From PVC group bacterium (GTDB lineage Bacteria > Verrucomicrobiota > Kiritimatiellia > SS1-B-03-39 > UBA6053), in assembly GCA_003565035.1 (NCBI GenBank), contig PXDP01000253.1:1-36189 (forward strand): 36,189 bases of DNA, written 5' to 3'. The first letter of the stretch is position 1, and every line of letters begins with the position of its first letter. The notes under the pieces were generated by a model, which saw only the letters and a list, made by a program, of their open reading frames with translations, was not told the DNA's origin and did no database searches. Of this stretch, positions 7,978-17,280 are shown in pieces. Made by a program: the position numbers and the translations under genes.

Positions 7978-8715
7978 ATGCAAAATATGACCCGCCGACA
8001 TGCCCTGAAAACGACAGCCCTCCTCGGCGCCGCCGCCGCACTTCGCCCCTCGCTTTTTGCTCAGCCCGTTGCCGGCGGTCTGAGGGTGAGTTTGAAGGAT
8101 CTGCCATACGATTACGATGCGCTGGAGCCGGCCATTGATGAAAAAACGATGCGGATTCATCATGGAAAACATCACGGGGGCTATGTAAGAAATTTGCAGA
8201 CGGCTCTGGAGGAGCTGCCCGGGCAGTCCTCAATGGAAGGGTTGCTTCGGGATATTCCTCTGTTGCCCGAATCCCTGCAAACCACGGTGCGAAATAATGG
8301 CGGTGGACACTGGAACCATGATTTGTTCTGGGAAATCATGGCTCCGCCCGGAGAAGGCGGCGGCGGCCAGCCCCGCGGTTCGCTTGCGGCCACGATCCTG
8401 AGGGACTTCGGTTCCCTCAAAGCCTTTACGGATCAGTTCAGTCAGGCCGCCTCCGGCGTGTTCGGCAGTGGCTGGGCCTGGTTGATTGTCACCCCTCAGG
8501 GACGTCTTAAGGTGACATCGACCCCCAATCAGGACAATCCTCTGATGCGCGGCCTCGTGCCGGACACCGAACTTGGAACCCCAATTCTGGGACTGGATGT
8601 CTGGGAGCACGCATACTATTTGCACTATCAAAACCGGCGCGGCGATTATGTTTCCAACTGGTGGAAAGTGGTCAATTGGGATGCCGTGGGTGCAAAATTT
8701 GAGCAGGCCCGCTGA
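7978..8715 (+). CDS. Fe/Mn-family superoxide dismutase with Tat-type signal peptide
   Basis: LPYDYDALEPAIDEKTMRIHHGKHHGGYV and DVWEHAYYLHYQNRRGDYV are SOD_Fe N- and C-domain signatures. The N-terminus MTRRHALKTTALLGAAAALRPSLFAQP matches the twin-arginine pattern T-R-R-x-x-L-K. AAGGAG lies upstream of the ATG. Confidence 0.92.
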   Translation: MQNMTRRHALKTTALLGAAAALRPSLFAQPVAGGLRVSLKDLPYDYDALEPAIDEKTMRIHHGKHHGGYVRNLQTALEELPGQSSMEGLLRDIPLLPESLQTTVRNNGGGHWNHDLFWEIMAPPGEGGGGQPRGSLAATILRDFGSLKAFTDQFSQAASGVFGSGWAWLIVTPQGRLKVTSTPNQDNPLMRGLVPDTELGTPILGLDVWEHAYYLHYQNRRGDYVSNWWKVVNWDAVGAKFEQAR

Positions 8716-8838
8716 GCCCCGGAGGTCAAATCAGTGGAAAATTGCTGTGAAAAGCGGTTTTCTTAAACTTTTTTAGTGTTTTTTAAAGAAAGACTGTTGA
8801 CGCACCGGATCGAAATCCCTTACAACTCCAAAACGCCT

Positions 8839-11715
8839 ATGCAAATTCAGTTCAGAACATCCGGTCCGTCTTTCCGCCCCCTTCAGTGTGTGCGCCAACA
8901 GCTGAAATTCAGCATCTGTTCCCTTCTGATTGCCGGGGCTGCGCAGACCGGGTGGTCACAGGGAAACCAGCCCCGGGATCCCTTCGACCGCGAGGTGGAG
9001 TTCATCAACAGTCTGCTCGATCAGGCGCTCTTCAGCTATGCCAATCTGGCGTTGGATGAACTTCGCGCGGCCTTTCCGGATGACCGGGACCGGCTGCCGG
9101 TCGCGGAGGCGTCGATTTTACTGCGACAGGGGCGTACCGCACCCGTTGAAGAAATGCTGCAGGAACGCAATCTGGCGACGGACACCAAAGCCCAGGCCAT
9201 TTTATTGCAACTGGCCATGACCTATGATGCCCAGGGAAATACGGAGGCCGCCCGCGAGCGGTACATGCAGTTTATTCAGGTAAACGAGGGTAAAGAAATT
9301 GAAGATCCGGATGTGCTTCGATTTTTCGCCGGAGCCGGAATGCGGCTGGCCGCGCTGTTGCAGGCCGAAGGCCGGTATCAGGATGCCGGTGCCGTATTGC
9401 GGAGAGTCATGGCCGGAGAGGACAGCGGCGTGCTCCAGCGGAAATTCCGCATTATGGTCATTCAGAATTCTATAGACCACGCCTTGTCGCTCCAGGGGAC
9501 TCCCCGTAATCAGCGGCTCGAAGAGGCAGAAAAAGAAATTAACGAAATTTTGTGGGGTGCCAACGACAATTACTGGTTTATGGCCATGGCGCAACGCGCG
9601 TGGATACAGCATCTCAGAGGGGACAGTAATGAGGCGCTCCAGTCTTTGAACACGATTATCCCCAACGCGAGGACAATGGAAACCGAGCTAGAAAAAGCCG
9701 AAGTGCCCCGCAGCGAATTCCCCCGGGCCATTATCCGGTATGTTCAGGGCACCATTTTGTTTGATGCCGCCAAAGCCGCGCAACAGCGCGGAGAGGATGA
9801 GGCGGCGCAACAGCGTGCGGCCCAGGCTGCCAACCAGTTTTACAACACGTTTCTGCAATACGATGGAAATGAATATGCCAACCGGGCCGGGCTCCGCTTT
9901 GAAGAGGTTCGGAACTGGCTTCGGGAGACGTATGACCGCGAGATCAACATCGGCCAGCAAAGCCCGGCGGCCACTGAACGAATCTTCCGCCGTGAACTCG
10001 ACCGGGCGGAATCTTTGCTGCGCGCCGGAAACGCAGCCGAGGCGGAACGGATCATCCTCCGTGCGCTGACGCAGTATCCGGTTACCCGCTACACGCAGGG
10101 TGCGCTCAATACCCTCGGCAGGATCTGGATGGACCAGAAAAATCTCTGGCAGCTCATGATGTTGTCGGAGCATTTGGCCGATGAATATCCGGATGACAAT
10201 ACCGTGGCCAATATGCTGCTCCGGTATGGACGTCTGATGCTGGACGAAGACGATGATTTCGGAACAGAAGTGGTTCTGGGCGCATTCGGACGCAACTTTC
10301 CCGGACATCCGAACGCGCCGGTCATGCTGTTCTCTCTGGCGACCCGGGCCCGGGACCGCGGAGACATGGCTGCGGCAAACCGCTTCTTTGATGAAGTGGT
10401 GGAATATCATCCCGGCAGCCAGATGGCCACCCGGGTTCTCACCCAGCGGGGCGCTGAAGCGCTTCGGGAACGCAACTTTGACCGGGCGGTGGAAATTTTC
10501 ACCCAGGTCCGCGATTTGGCTATACCCGGATTTCAGAGAGCCCAGGCCGTCCGCGGCCTTGCGGATGCCAAGCTTCGGAGTGATGATCCGGAACGTCAGC
10601 AGGAAGGTCTGGCCGAATTACAGGCTCTGAAACAGCGCCTGCAGCCATCGGATGACAGCATCTATTATCGCGGGGCGGATGCCGAACGCAGCGCCAGTTT
10701 GTTGGAATCGGTTCGTTTTAATATTGCGCTGGCTTTGATTCGTATGGCACGGGAAGAGGGGAATGAGGCGTACCGGAATGAGGCGGCGCAGGTTCTGGCC
10801 CGGTTCCGGGAGGACTATCCACAGTCCGACAACATGCCGGGCGTTATGTCCAGTCTTGGACGGATTTATCTTCAACAGGGGCGTTTCGATGCGGCTACCG
10901 AGATGTTCAACGAACTTTCCCGGCGTTTTCCCGAATCCGATGAGGGACGGGATGCGCTCTTCGCACTTGTGCGCGCCGCAATTGAAGAGGAACAACTGGA
11001 TGTCGCCCGGGATGCGGTAAACCGTATGGTCGCTCAGCCCGAGTCCTACACCGACGAACAGATTTTTCAGGTCTCCCAGCTCATGTTCAATTACGAGTTG
11101 AATGAAGAAGCCATGCAGGGATTCCAGTTAGCTCTGAGCCGTCCCCGCGCGGCGGAAAATGTCACCTTCCGCCAACGGGCCATGCTCGGATTTGGTCAAT
11201 CCGCTTTGGCCGCCGGGAATACGGACGAGGCCAAGAAAATCCTTTCCGACTTCATCGAGGAATTTCCCACCAATGCCATGGTGGTGGACGCGGGGATTCT
11301 GCTGGCCGACGCCCATCTTGACCGGGAGCCCCCGGATACCACACAGGCACGGGCCGCGCTTCAGCATGTTGGACGAATTTTACGCAGTCGGCGGAATCCG
11401 GCTGATCAGGCCCGGCTCGATATTGCCCTCGGCCGAATTGCCCTGGCAGAAGGCAATATCGGCGCGGCACTCGCGGATTTCTACCGCGTCGGGGTCAGCC
11501 GTCCCGAATCGCCCGAGCATGGCGATCAGGTAAAACGGGCCATCGAACTGGGGCTGGCACAGGCTGAACCCATGGCCCGTGGGGGCGATACCGGCAAATG
11601 GTCTCTGATTGTGGATTTGACCCAGCAGTTTATTGACAACTTCCCACTGGACCGCCGGGCAGAAGAAATGCGCACTCTGAATATCCGTGCCATTGGTTTG
11701 GCTCAAGATGATTAA
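8839..11715 (+). CDS. large exported TPR-repeat protein
   Basis: The track ORF begins at GTG 8776. ATG 8839 gives MQIQFRTS...KFSICSLLIAGAAQTGWSQG (signal-like). Degenerate TPR helices are repeated throughout, for example GRIYLQQGRFDAATEMFNELSRRFPES. Confidence 0.75.
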   Translation: MQIQFRTSGPSFRPLQCVRQQLKFSICSLLIAGAAQTGWSQGNQPRDPFDREVEFINSLLDQALFSYANLALDELRAAFPDDRDRLPVAEASILLRQGRTAPVEEMLQERNLATDTKAQAILLQLAMTYDAQGNTEAARERYMQFIQVNEGKEIEDPDVLRFFAGAGMRLAALLQAEGRYQDAGAVLRRVMAGEDSGVLQRKFRIMVIQNSIDHALSLQGTPRNQRLEEAEKEINEILWGANDNYWFMAMAQRAWIQHLRGDSNEALQSLNTIIPNARTMETELEKAEVPRSEFPRAIIRYVQGTILFDAAKAAQQRGEDEAAQQRAAQAANQFYNTFLQYDGNEYANRAGLRFEEVRNWLRETYDREINIGQQSPAATERIFRRELDRAESLLRAGNAAEAERIILRALTQYPVTRYTQGALNTLGRIWMDQKNLWQLMMLSEHLADEYPDDNTVANMLLRYGRLMLDEDDDFGTEVVLGAFGRNFPGHPNAPVMLFSLATRARDRGDMAAANRFFDEVVEYHPGSQMATRVLTQRGAEALRERNFDRAVEIFTQVRDLAIPGFQRAQAVRGLADAKLRSDDPERQQEGLAELQALKQRLQPSDDSIYYRGADAERSASLLESVRFNIALALIRMAREEGNEAYRNEAAQVLARFREDYPQSDNMPGVMSSLGRIYLQQGRFDAATEMFNELSRRFPESDEGRDALFALVRAAIEEEQLDVARDAVNRMVAQPESYTDEQIFQVSQLMFNYELNEEAMQGFQLALSRPRAAENVTFRQRAMLGFGQSALAAGNTDEAKKILSDFIEEFPTNAMVVDAGILLADAHLDREPPDTTQARAALQHVGRILRSRRNPADQARLDIALGRIALAEGNIGAALADFYRVGVSRPESPEHGDQVKRAIELGLAQAEPMARGGDTGKWSLIVDLTQQFIDNFPLDRRAEEMRTLNIRAIGLAQDD

Positions 11716-11728
11716 AGGTGAACGACTT

Positions 11729-12526
11729 ATGAAAAAACAAATCCTATCTCACGTATTACGCGGACTGCTTCTGGCAAGCCTTGCCCCCGGCTTGGCCCAT
11801 GCGCAGGCCTTTGTTGAGTTGGTCAACGGTCAACAGGTGCCTGTGGACCGTATCCTTTCCCGGCCCGACGGAACGCTGGCGGTGTTCCGTGACGGACAGT
11901 CCACCGATATTGCACGGGATCAATACATTCGCGCGGTTGGCGTCAAGCCCGAGCGGATGGATGAGGCCTCCCGGCTGGTGGACCAGGGAAACGGGGAACA
12001 GGCCCTGTCGATTCTGAATGACATTTTTCGTTCCTCCGCATACCAAACCTGGGATGTCAGTGCCGGTCTCCTGTTGATCAATGTTCATCTTGGAGCAAAC
12101 AATGTTGCGTCCGCCCGGCAGACGATTGATCAGCTTAAACGCCGCTATGGTGACCGCACCTTCACGCTGTTTCCGGATTTGCAGGCAAAAGATTGGTCTG
12201 TCCGCATTTCAGCTGGGCAGATCTCCGGATTAGAGGACGAATTAACCGGAGTGATTCGTGATTCAGCCAACCGTGAGCTGGTTGGCCGGGCACTGATTGC
12301 CCGTGGAGAACTCAAGCTTGCCCGCACGCAATTGCGCCCTGCGGTGCTTGATTTTCTCCGGGCGGCCCATTTTTTCCGCGGAAATGAATCCATTCATGCC
12401 CAGGCCCTTTTAAAAGCCGGACAGGTTTTCACTCAACTGGGTGAAACCGCCAATGCCCGGAGATTTTTATCGGAACTCCGGGAACGCTATCCCGACAGTT
12501 CGTACGCCGCCCGTGCAGCGCAATAA
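11729..12526 (+). CDS. exported TPR-like protein
   Basis: ATG 11729 gives MKKQILSHVLRGLLLASLAPGLAHAQA, a signal peptide. The C-terminal TPR-like helices end in RERYPDSSYAARAAQ. It lies 13 nt after the preceding TPR gene. Confidence 0.65.
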   Translation: MKKQILSHVLRGLLLASLAPGLAHAQAFVELVNGQQVPVDRILSRPDGTLAVFRDGQSTDIARDQYIRAVGVKPERMDEASRLVDQGNGEQALSILNDIFRSSAYQTWDVSAGLLLINVHLGANNVASARQTIDQLKRRYGDRTFTLFPDLQAKDWSVRISAGQISGLEDELTGVIRDSANRELVGRALIARGELKLARTQLRPAVLDFLRAAHFFRGNESIHAQALLKAGQVFTQLGETANARRFLSELRERYPDSSYAARAAQ

Positions 12527-12590
12527 TTACGTGTGATTCTAAACCTTTATCCTTATATCCCTAGAGTGTAGAAAGAGACTGGAGAACCTT

Positions 12591-13358
12591 ATGATGAAAA
12601 AAATTGGACTGATTGTTTTAATGGGAATGCTGATGTTTACAACCGGCCTGGTTATGGCCCAGGATGCCCCTGCGGCGGATGCCGGGACGGTGACCGCTCC
12701 TGCAGGTTCCACACCGGGATCGGCCACGTTTGTGGATGTGGTGCGCGGCGGAGGCTTTTTGGGAATTGTGCTCTGGGTTGCCATTTTTGTGACGTCGGTC
12801 GCAGGGATCGCGCTCATCGTGGATGCGTTCATCACCGTGCGCGCCGTGAAAATTATGCCCCCGACACTGGTAAAAGATGTGCAGACCGCCATGGAACAGG
12901 GCGATGTGATGAAAGCTCTTCAGCACTGCGAAGAAGAGCCCTGCCCGGTATCCAGTGTCCTCTCAGCCGGTTTTTCCAACGTGGAAGAAGGTTTTGACAC
13001 CATTCAGGATGCAGTGTCTGTGGCCGCGGCCATGGAGGAGGAGCGCCTCATGCAGCGCGTGAACTACCTCAACGTCGTGGGCAACCTCGCTCCGATGCTC
13101 GGTCTTCTGGGTACGGTGCAGGGGATGATCGCCGCGTTCGCGGGCCTCGCCAGTGCCGGGGCCGCCGGTGGCGGTGCGCTCGCCCTGAGCATCTCCCAGG
13201 CACTCTACACCACCGCTTTCGGTCTGTTCATCGCTATTCCTGCGCTGGCCTTCTTCTATTATTTCCGGAACCGCGCTTCCACCATCATTTTGACGATGGA
13301 GCGTCTGACCATGGATGAAATCAAAATTCTCCGGAACGTGGAAGTGGTGGATGCCTGA
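12591..13358 (+). CDS. exbB: MotA/TolQ/ExbB proton-channel protein
   Basis: Cleavable signal peptide. The TM helices and GNLAPMLGLLGTVQGMIAAF ... LYTTAFGLFIAIPALAFFYYF are the canonical ExbB/TolQ core. GGAGA lies upstream. Confidence 0.9.
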   Translation: MMKKIGLIVLMGMLMFTTGLVMAQDAPAADAGTVTAPAGSTPGSATFVDVVRGGGFLGIVLWVAIFVTSVAGIALIVDAFITVRAVKIMPPTLVKDVQTAMEQGDVMKALQHCEEEPCPVSSVLSAGFSNVEEGFDTIQDAVSVAAAMEEERLMQRVNYLNVVGNLAPMLGLLGTVQGMIAAFAGLASAGAAGGGALALSISQALYTTAFGLFIAIPALAFFYYFRNRASTIILTMERLTMDEIKILRNVEVVDA

Positions 13359-13399
13359 TTTCGCCCTCTATTCTCAACCCCTGACACAGAGAGGATTTC

Positions 13400-13813
13400 A
13401 TGAAAAAGCGCACGCCTGATGCGGTGAACCTGACACCGATGATTGACATCGTGTTCCAGATGATCATCTTCTTTGTGTTCACGCTGGACCTGGAGCGGGA
13501 AAAATTTGATACCGATGAAATCCGGGCCCCGGATGCTCCGCACGCCCGGGAAATTATCGAGTTTGAGCCCGCCACCATTTACCCCCAGATCCTGGCCAGC
13601 GGCGCGGTTCGGATCGGCTCCGCGGCTGTGGATCACGGCACCTTCCGGAATCTCATTCGTGCTGCCGTCAGACGTTACGGACAGGAGATTCCGGTCATGA
13701 TCTATGCGCACGAGAATGCACGACACCGGGATGTGCGCCGGGTCATGGATATCTGCTCTGAAGAGGGTTTATATCGAATCAGCCTCATTGGCATCATTGA
13801 ACGGACAAACTAA
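13400..13813 (+). CDS. exbD: biopolymer transporter ExbD/TolR
   Basis: NLTPMIDIVFQMIIFFVFT carries the conserved TM Asp motif. 137 aa. Confidence 0.88.
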   Translation: MKKRTPDAVNLTPMIDIVFQMIIFFVFTLDLEREKFDTDEIRAPDAPHAREIIEFEPATIYPQILASGAVRIGSAAVDHGTFRNLIRAAVRRYGQEIPVMIYAHENARHRDVRRVMDICSEEGLYRISLIGIIERTN

Positions 13814-13828
13814 TCTCCGGAGTCTGAA

Positions 13829-14254
13829 ATGCATCGAAAATCCAAACACCGCCGAGCACCCAAACGGGATCAGAAAATGGAAGACATTCCGATGACCCCG
13901 ATGATCGACGTGGTCTTCCAGTTGTTGATTTATTTTATTTTCACGTTTGAGATCCCTGACCGCATGTCGCAGATGTCGGTTTTCCGCCCGGCTCCTGATA
14001 CCCGCGGACAGCCGCCGCCGCCGGCAATCCGCAGCATGCGCATCGGCGTGTATGACGGGTTCTTTACGCTGAACGATACCCGGGTCACCGAGGCCAGTCT
14101 CGAACGCACCTTCAACCGCCTGGCGAATCTTGATCCCAATCAGAATATGATTGTTATTGCCACCGGAAACAGCCAGCACAAATATTTGGTCCAGGTGCTG
14201 GACCTTCTTCAAAAAGCCGGCTTGCAGCAGGTGACCCTTCTTTCTGCGGATTAA
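13829..14254 (+). CDS. exbD: biopolymer transporter ExbD/TolR (second copy)
   Basis: IPMTPMIDVVFQLLIYFIFTF motif. 141 aa. It lies 15 nt after the first exbD. Confidence 0.88.
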   Translation: MHRKSKHRRAPKRDQKMEDIPMTPMIDVVFQLLIYFIFTFEIPDRMSQMSVFRPAPDTRGQPPPPAIRSMRIGVYDGFFTLNDTRVTEASLERTFNRLANLDPNQNMIVIATGNSQHKYLVQVLDLLQKAGLQQVTLLSAD

Positions 14255-14260
14255 CGGGAT

Positions 14261-15127
14261 TCAGAATCGTAAAAGAATCTCGCCTCCGGTGTCGATTTGT
14301 ACACCGGGCAGGCGGGGGAGGTCGTGCCACTCAAACGCACCGCCCCTCTGCTCCGCAAGCCGCTTTACGTGTTCGGCCGATTCGAGGAAGTCATCTCCCG
14401 AAAAGGAAAACAGCAGAATTTCGGTGGCTCCGGTGGCGTCATCGGCACTCAGAAAACGGGCGTTGCCGGATTGAAGACCTTCCGGGAAGAGGATGCGGAT
14501 TTCAGTGTGCATGTCGCGGGCGAGCCTGGAGACGACCTCTTCCGGGGTGGCTCTGGGGGAAAGCTTGAACGGGTTTCCGCGTTCCATCAGGTTCCGTCGT
14601 TCCCGGGCAAACTGCTCCTGGCGCTGCCGTCGAACCTGGGCGGATTCAATTCGCACATGGGTGGATTCCGAGGCGGGGCGTGTCAGATCCGGCGGCAGAA
14701 TACGCAGAAGCCCGGGTTCGTGTTCGAAGCGGAACTGCGGCGGCCGTCCTGCGGAGGTTGTGGGTGGCCGGAACAGAAAAGGCGCGTTCAGGTCCACCTC
14801 CAGGACGATATCTGATACCCGGTCAAAACGGTAACGGACCAGAAAGAGCGTCGAACCTGCTTCTGCTTCGATCCGGTGTTCAAGGTATTCGACATCCTTT
14901 CCAAATGTTGAGGCGGCATGGACCAGCGCCTGTTTATGAAACCAGATCTGGTCCGGAGGTAGTCCTGCATGCGCCTCCGCATAGCGCAGAAACGCGTCGG
15001 AAAGTACAGTCCGGATCTCCAGAATACCGGACCCGTCCGGATTCGGAATCAGCCTGACCTCACGCTGGAAACAACCGGTGAGGAAAACAAGTAAGGCTTG
15101 GATAAGGAGAAGGGGAGGCAGGCGCAT
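14261..15127 (-). CDS. hypothetical lipoprotein
   Basis: ATG 15127 gives [19 protein letters not shown], with a canonical L-T-G-C lipobox. No recognisable domain. Confidence 0.6.
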   Translation of the reverse strand: MRLPPLLLIQALLVFLTGCFQREVRLIPNPDGSGILEIRTVLSDAFLRYAEAHAGLPPDQIWFHKQALVHAASTFGKDVEYLEHRIEAEAGSTLFLVRYRFDRVSDIVLEVDLNAPFLFRPPTTSAGRPPQFRFEHEPGLLRILPPDLTRPASESTHVRIESAQVRRQRQEQFARERRNLMERGNPFKLSPRATPEEVVSRLARDMHTEIRILFPEGLQSGNARFLSADDATGATEILLFSFSGDDFLESAEHVKRLAEQRGGAFEWHDLPRLPGVQIDTGGEILLRF

Positions 15128-15180
15128 GGCGGAAATCCTTTTTCTTTTATGAAATATCTGATAATGCATCACACACTATT

Positions 15181-17280
15181 ATGACTGACAAATCGACACA
15201 ATCCAATTCCCCGAATCGTGAACATTCTTTGGCAAAAATCCGCAACATTGGCGTTGTGGCGCATATTGATGCCGGGAAGACCACCACCAGTGAGCGTATC
15301 CTGTTTTACAGCGGACGACTGCACCGCCTGGGCGAGGTGCACCACGGCACCGCGACCATGGACTGGATGGAACAGGAACGGGAACGGGGCATCACCATCA
15401 CCAGTGCCGCGACGACCACGTTTTGGAAAGACATGCAGATCAACCTGATCGACACCCCGGGACATGTGGATTTCACCGTGGAAGTGGAGCGTTCGCTCCG
15501 GGTGCTCGATGGCGCAGTGGGGGTTTTCTGCGCGGTGGCCGGTGTGCAGCCTCAGTCCGAAACCGTCTGGCGTCAGGCGAGGAAATATAAGGTCCCCGGC
15601 CTGGCCTTTGTCAATAAGGCCGACCGTATGGGCGCGAATTTCACCCGCTGTGTTGAGCAGATCCGTTCCAAACTGTTGCTGCCGGCGTATCCGATTCAAC
15701 TCCCTGTCGGGGTTGAGGAGCATTTCCGGGGCATGGTGGATCTGGTTACGCAGAAGGCCTATATCTTCAACGATGAAAGTTTGGGGGCGGAATTTTCGGT
15801 GGAAGAGATTCCCGAAGAGCTTAAAGATGCCGCGGAAATGGCCCGGATGGAGTTGATAGAGGCGGTGGCCGAGCGCGATGAGGCCAGTCTCGAATTGTTT
15901 ATGGAATCGGGAACGCTGGAGGAGGCTGAATTGAAGGCCGGCATCCGGCGGCTGACTTGTGCGCAGCAGTTTGTTCCGGTTCTGGTGGGCAGTTCCCTGA
16001 AAAACAAGGGGGTTCAGCCCTTATTGAACGCTGTGGTTGACTATCTGCCCTCACCGCTCGATGTGCCGGTTCCCCATGGCATTCATCCCAAAACCGAAGA
16101 ACCGGTCAGCCGCGAAGCCTCTGACCATGAGCCCGTGTGCGCTCTGGCTTTTAAAATCGCCAACGATGCCTTTGTGGGAAAGATCGCTTTTGTCCGCGTG
16201 TATGCGGGAATGTTGCAAAAAGGGCAGAATTTTTACAATCCCCGGACCGGAAAACGGGAGCGTTTGCAGCGGCTGGTGCGACTGCACGCCAACAGCCGGG
16301 AAGAACTCGATGTTCTATACGCCGGTGAAATTGGCGGGGTGGTGGGCTCCAAAGAACTGACAACCGGCGACACGCTTTGTGCGGAGGCCCATCCGCTGAT
16401 TATGGAGCGAATCGAGTTTCCTGAATCGGTGATTGCCATGTCCGTGGAGCCTAAATCCTCCTCGGACAAAGACACCCTCATGAATGCGTTGGGGATTCTG
16501 GCGGATGAGGATCCGACCTTCCGCTATACCCTCGATAAAGACACCGGACAAACCCTGATGCACGGCATGGGGGAGTTGCACCTGGAAATCCTGCGGGACC
16601 GGCTGCTGCGGGAATACAAAGTGCAGGCCCGCGCCGGAAAACCCATGGTGACCTATCGGGAAACCATTGGCAAGTCTGCCAGCCACACCCAGGTGTTTGA
16701 CCGCGAAATTGGCGGCAAACGGCAGTTGGCCGAACTGACGATGCGGGTCGAGCCGCTTCCCCGCGGGACGGGAAATCAAATCACAATTCTGCCTTCGAAA
16801 CGTGATTTCCCGGAAGAATACCGGAAAGCCGCCACCGAAGGGATTCAGGACGCGCTTGTCACCGGAATGCTGAGAAATTTCCCCATGGCGGATGTCAAAG
16901 TGACCGTCGAACATGCGGAGGTGCATCCCACGGAATCCACGGAAACCGCCTTTCGCAGTGCCGCCCATATCGGCATGCGGCAGGTGCTGCTGGATGCCGA
17001 TCCGCTTCTACTCGAGCCGATCATGAACGTTGAAGTGCTCACACCTGAAGAAAATATGGGAGATGTCATGGCGGACCTGAACAGCCGCCGCGGCAAAATC
17101 CGCGATTTGGAAGCCGTGGAGGATGGGCAGAAAATCAGCGCGGATGTGCCCCTGGCGGAACTCTTTGGATACACGACGACTCTCCGGTCGCTGACCAAAG
17201 GCCGGGCCAGTCAGTCCATGGAACCTTCCGCGTTCGCGGTGGTGCCCGACGAGGTCCTCAAAGCAATGCCACAGTATTAA
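15181..17280 (+). CDS. fusA: elongation factor G (stand-alone paralogue, not in an rpsL-rpsG-fusA-tuf context)
   Basis: 699 aa. G1 motif [22 protein letters not shown], and full domain II-V homology. Confidence 0.95.
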   Translation: MTDKSTQSNSPNREHSLAKIRNIGVVAHIDAGKTTTSERILFYSGRLHRLGEVHHGTATMDWMEQERERGITITSAATTTFWKDMQINLIDTPGHVDFTVEVERSLRVLDGAVGVFCAVAGVQPQSETVWRQARKYKVPGLAFVNKADRMGANFTRCVEQIRSKLLLPAYPIQLPVGVEEHFRGMVDLVTQKAYIFNDESLGAEFSVEEIPEELKDAAEMARMELIEAVAERDEASLELFMESGTLEEAELKAGIRRLTCAQQFVPVLVGSSLKNKGVQPLLNAVVDYLPSPLDVPVPHGIHPKTEEPVSREASDHEPVCALAFKIANDAFVGKIAFVRVYAGMLQKGQNFYNPRTGKRERLQRLVRLHANSREELDVLYAGEIGGVVGSKELTTGDTLCAEAHPLIMERIEFPESVIAMSVEPKSSSDKDTLMNALGILADEDPTFRYTLDKDTGQTLMHGMGELHLEILRDRLLREYKVQARAGKPMVTYRETIGKSASHTQVFDREIGGKRQLAELTMRVEPLPRGTGNQITILPSKRDFPEEYRKAATEGIQDALVTGMLRNFPMADVKVTVEHAEVHPTESTETAFRSAAHIGMRQVLLDADPLLLEPIMNVEVLTPEENMGDVMADLNSRRGKIRDLEAVEDGQKISADVPLAELFGYTTTLRSLTKGRASQSMEPSAFAVVPDEVLKAMPQY

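Noticed and set aside
8796-8824. TTGACG-17 nt-TTACAA as a promoter for the TPR/ExbBD cluster
   Set aside because: The -35 element is good, but the -10 candidate matches TATAAT at only two positions. It is not reportable as a feature.
9688-10410. 240-aa minus-strand ORF, plus other antisense ORFs inside the large TPR gene
   Set aside because: They are antisense to a continuous 958-aa TPR reading frame and have no features of their own.
16315-16968. 217-aa minus-strand ORF
   Set aside because: It is antisense to EF-G.
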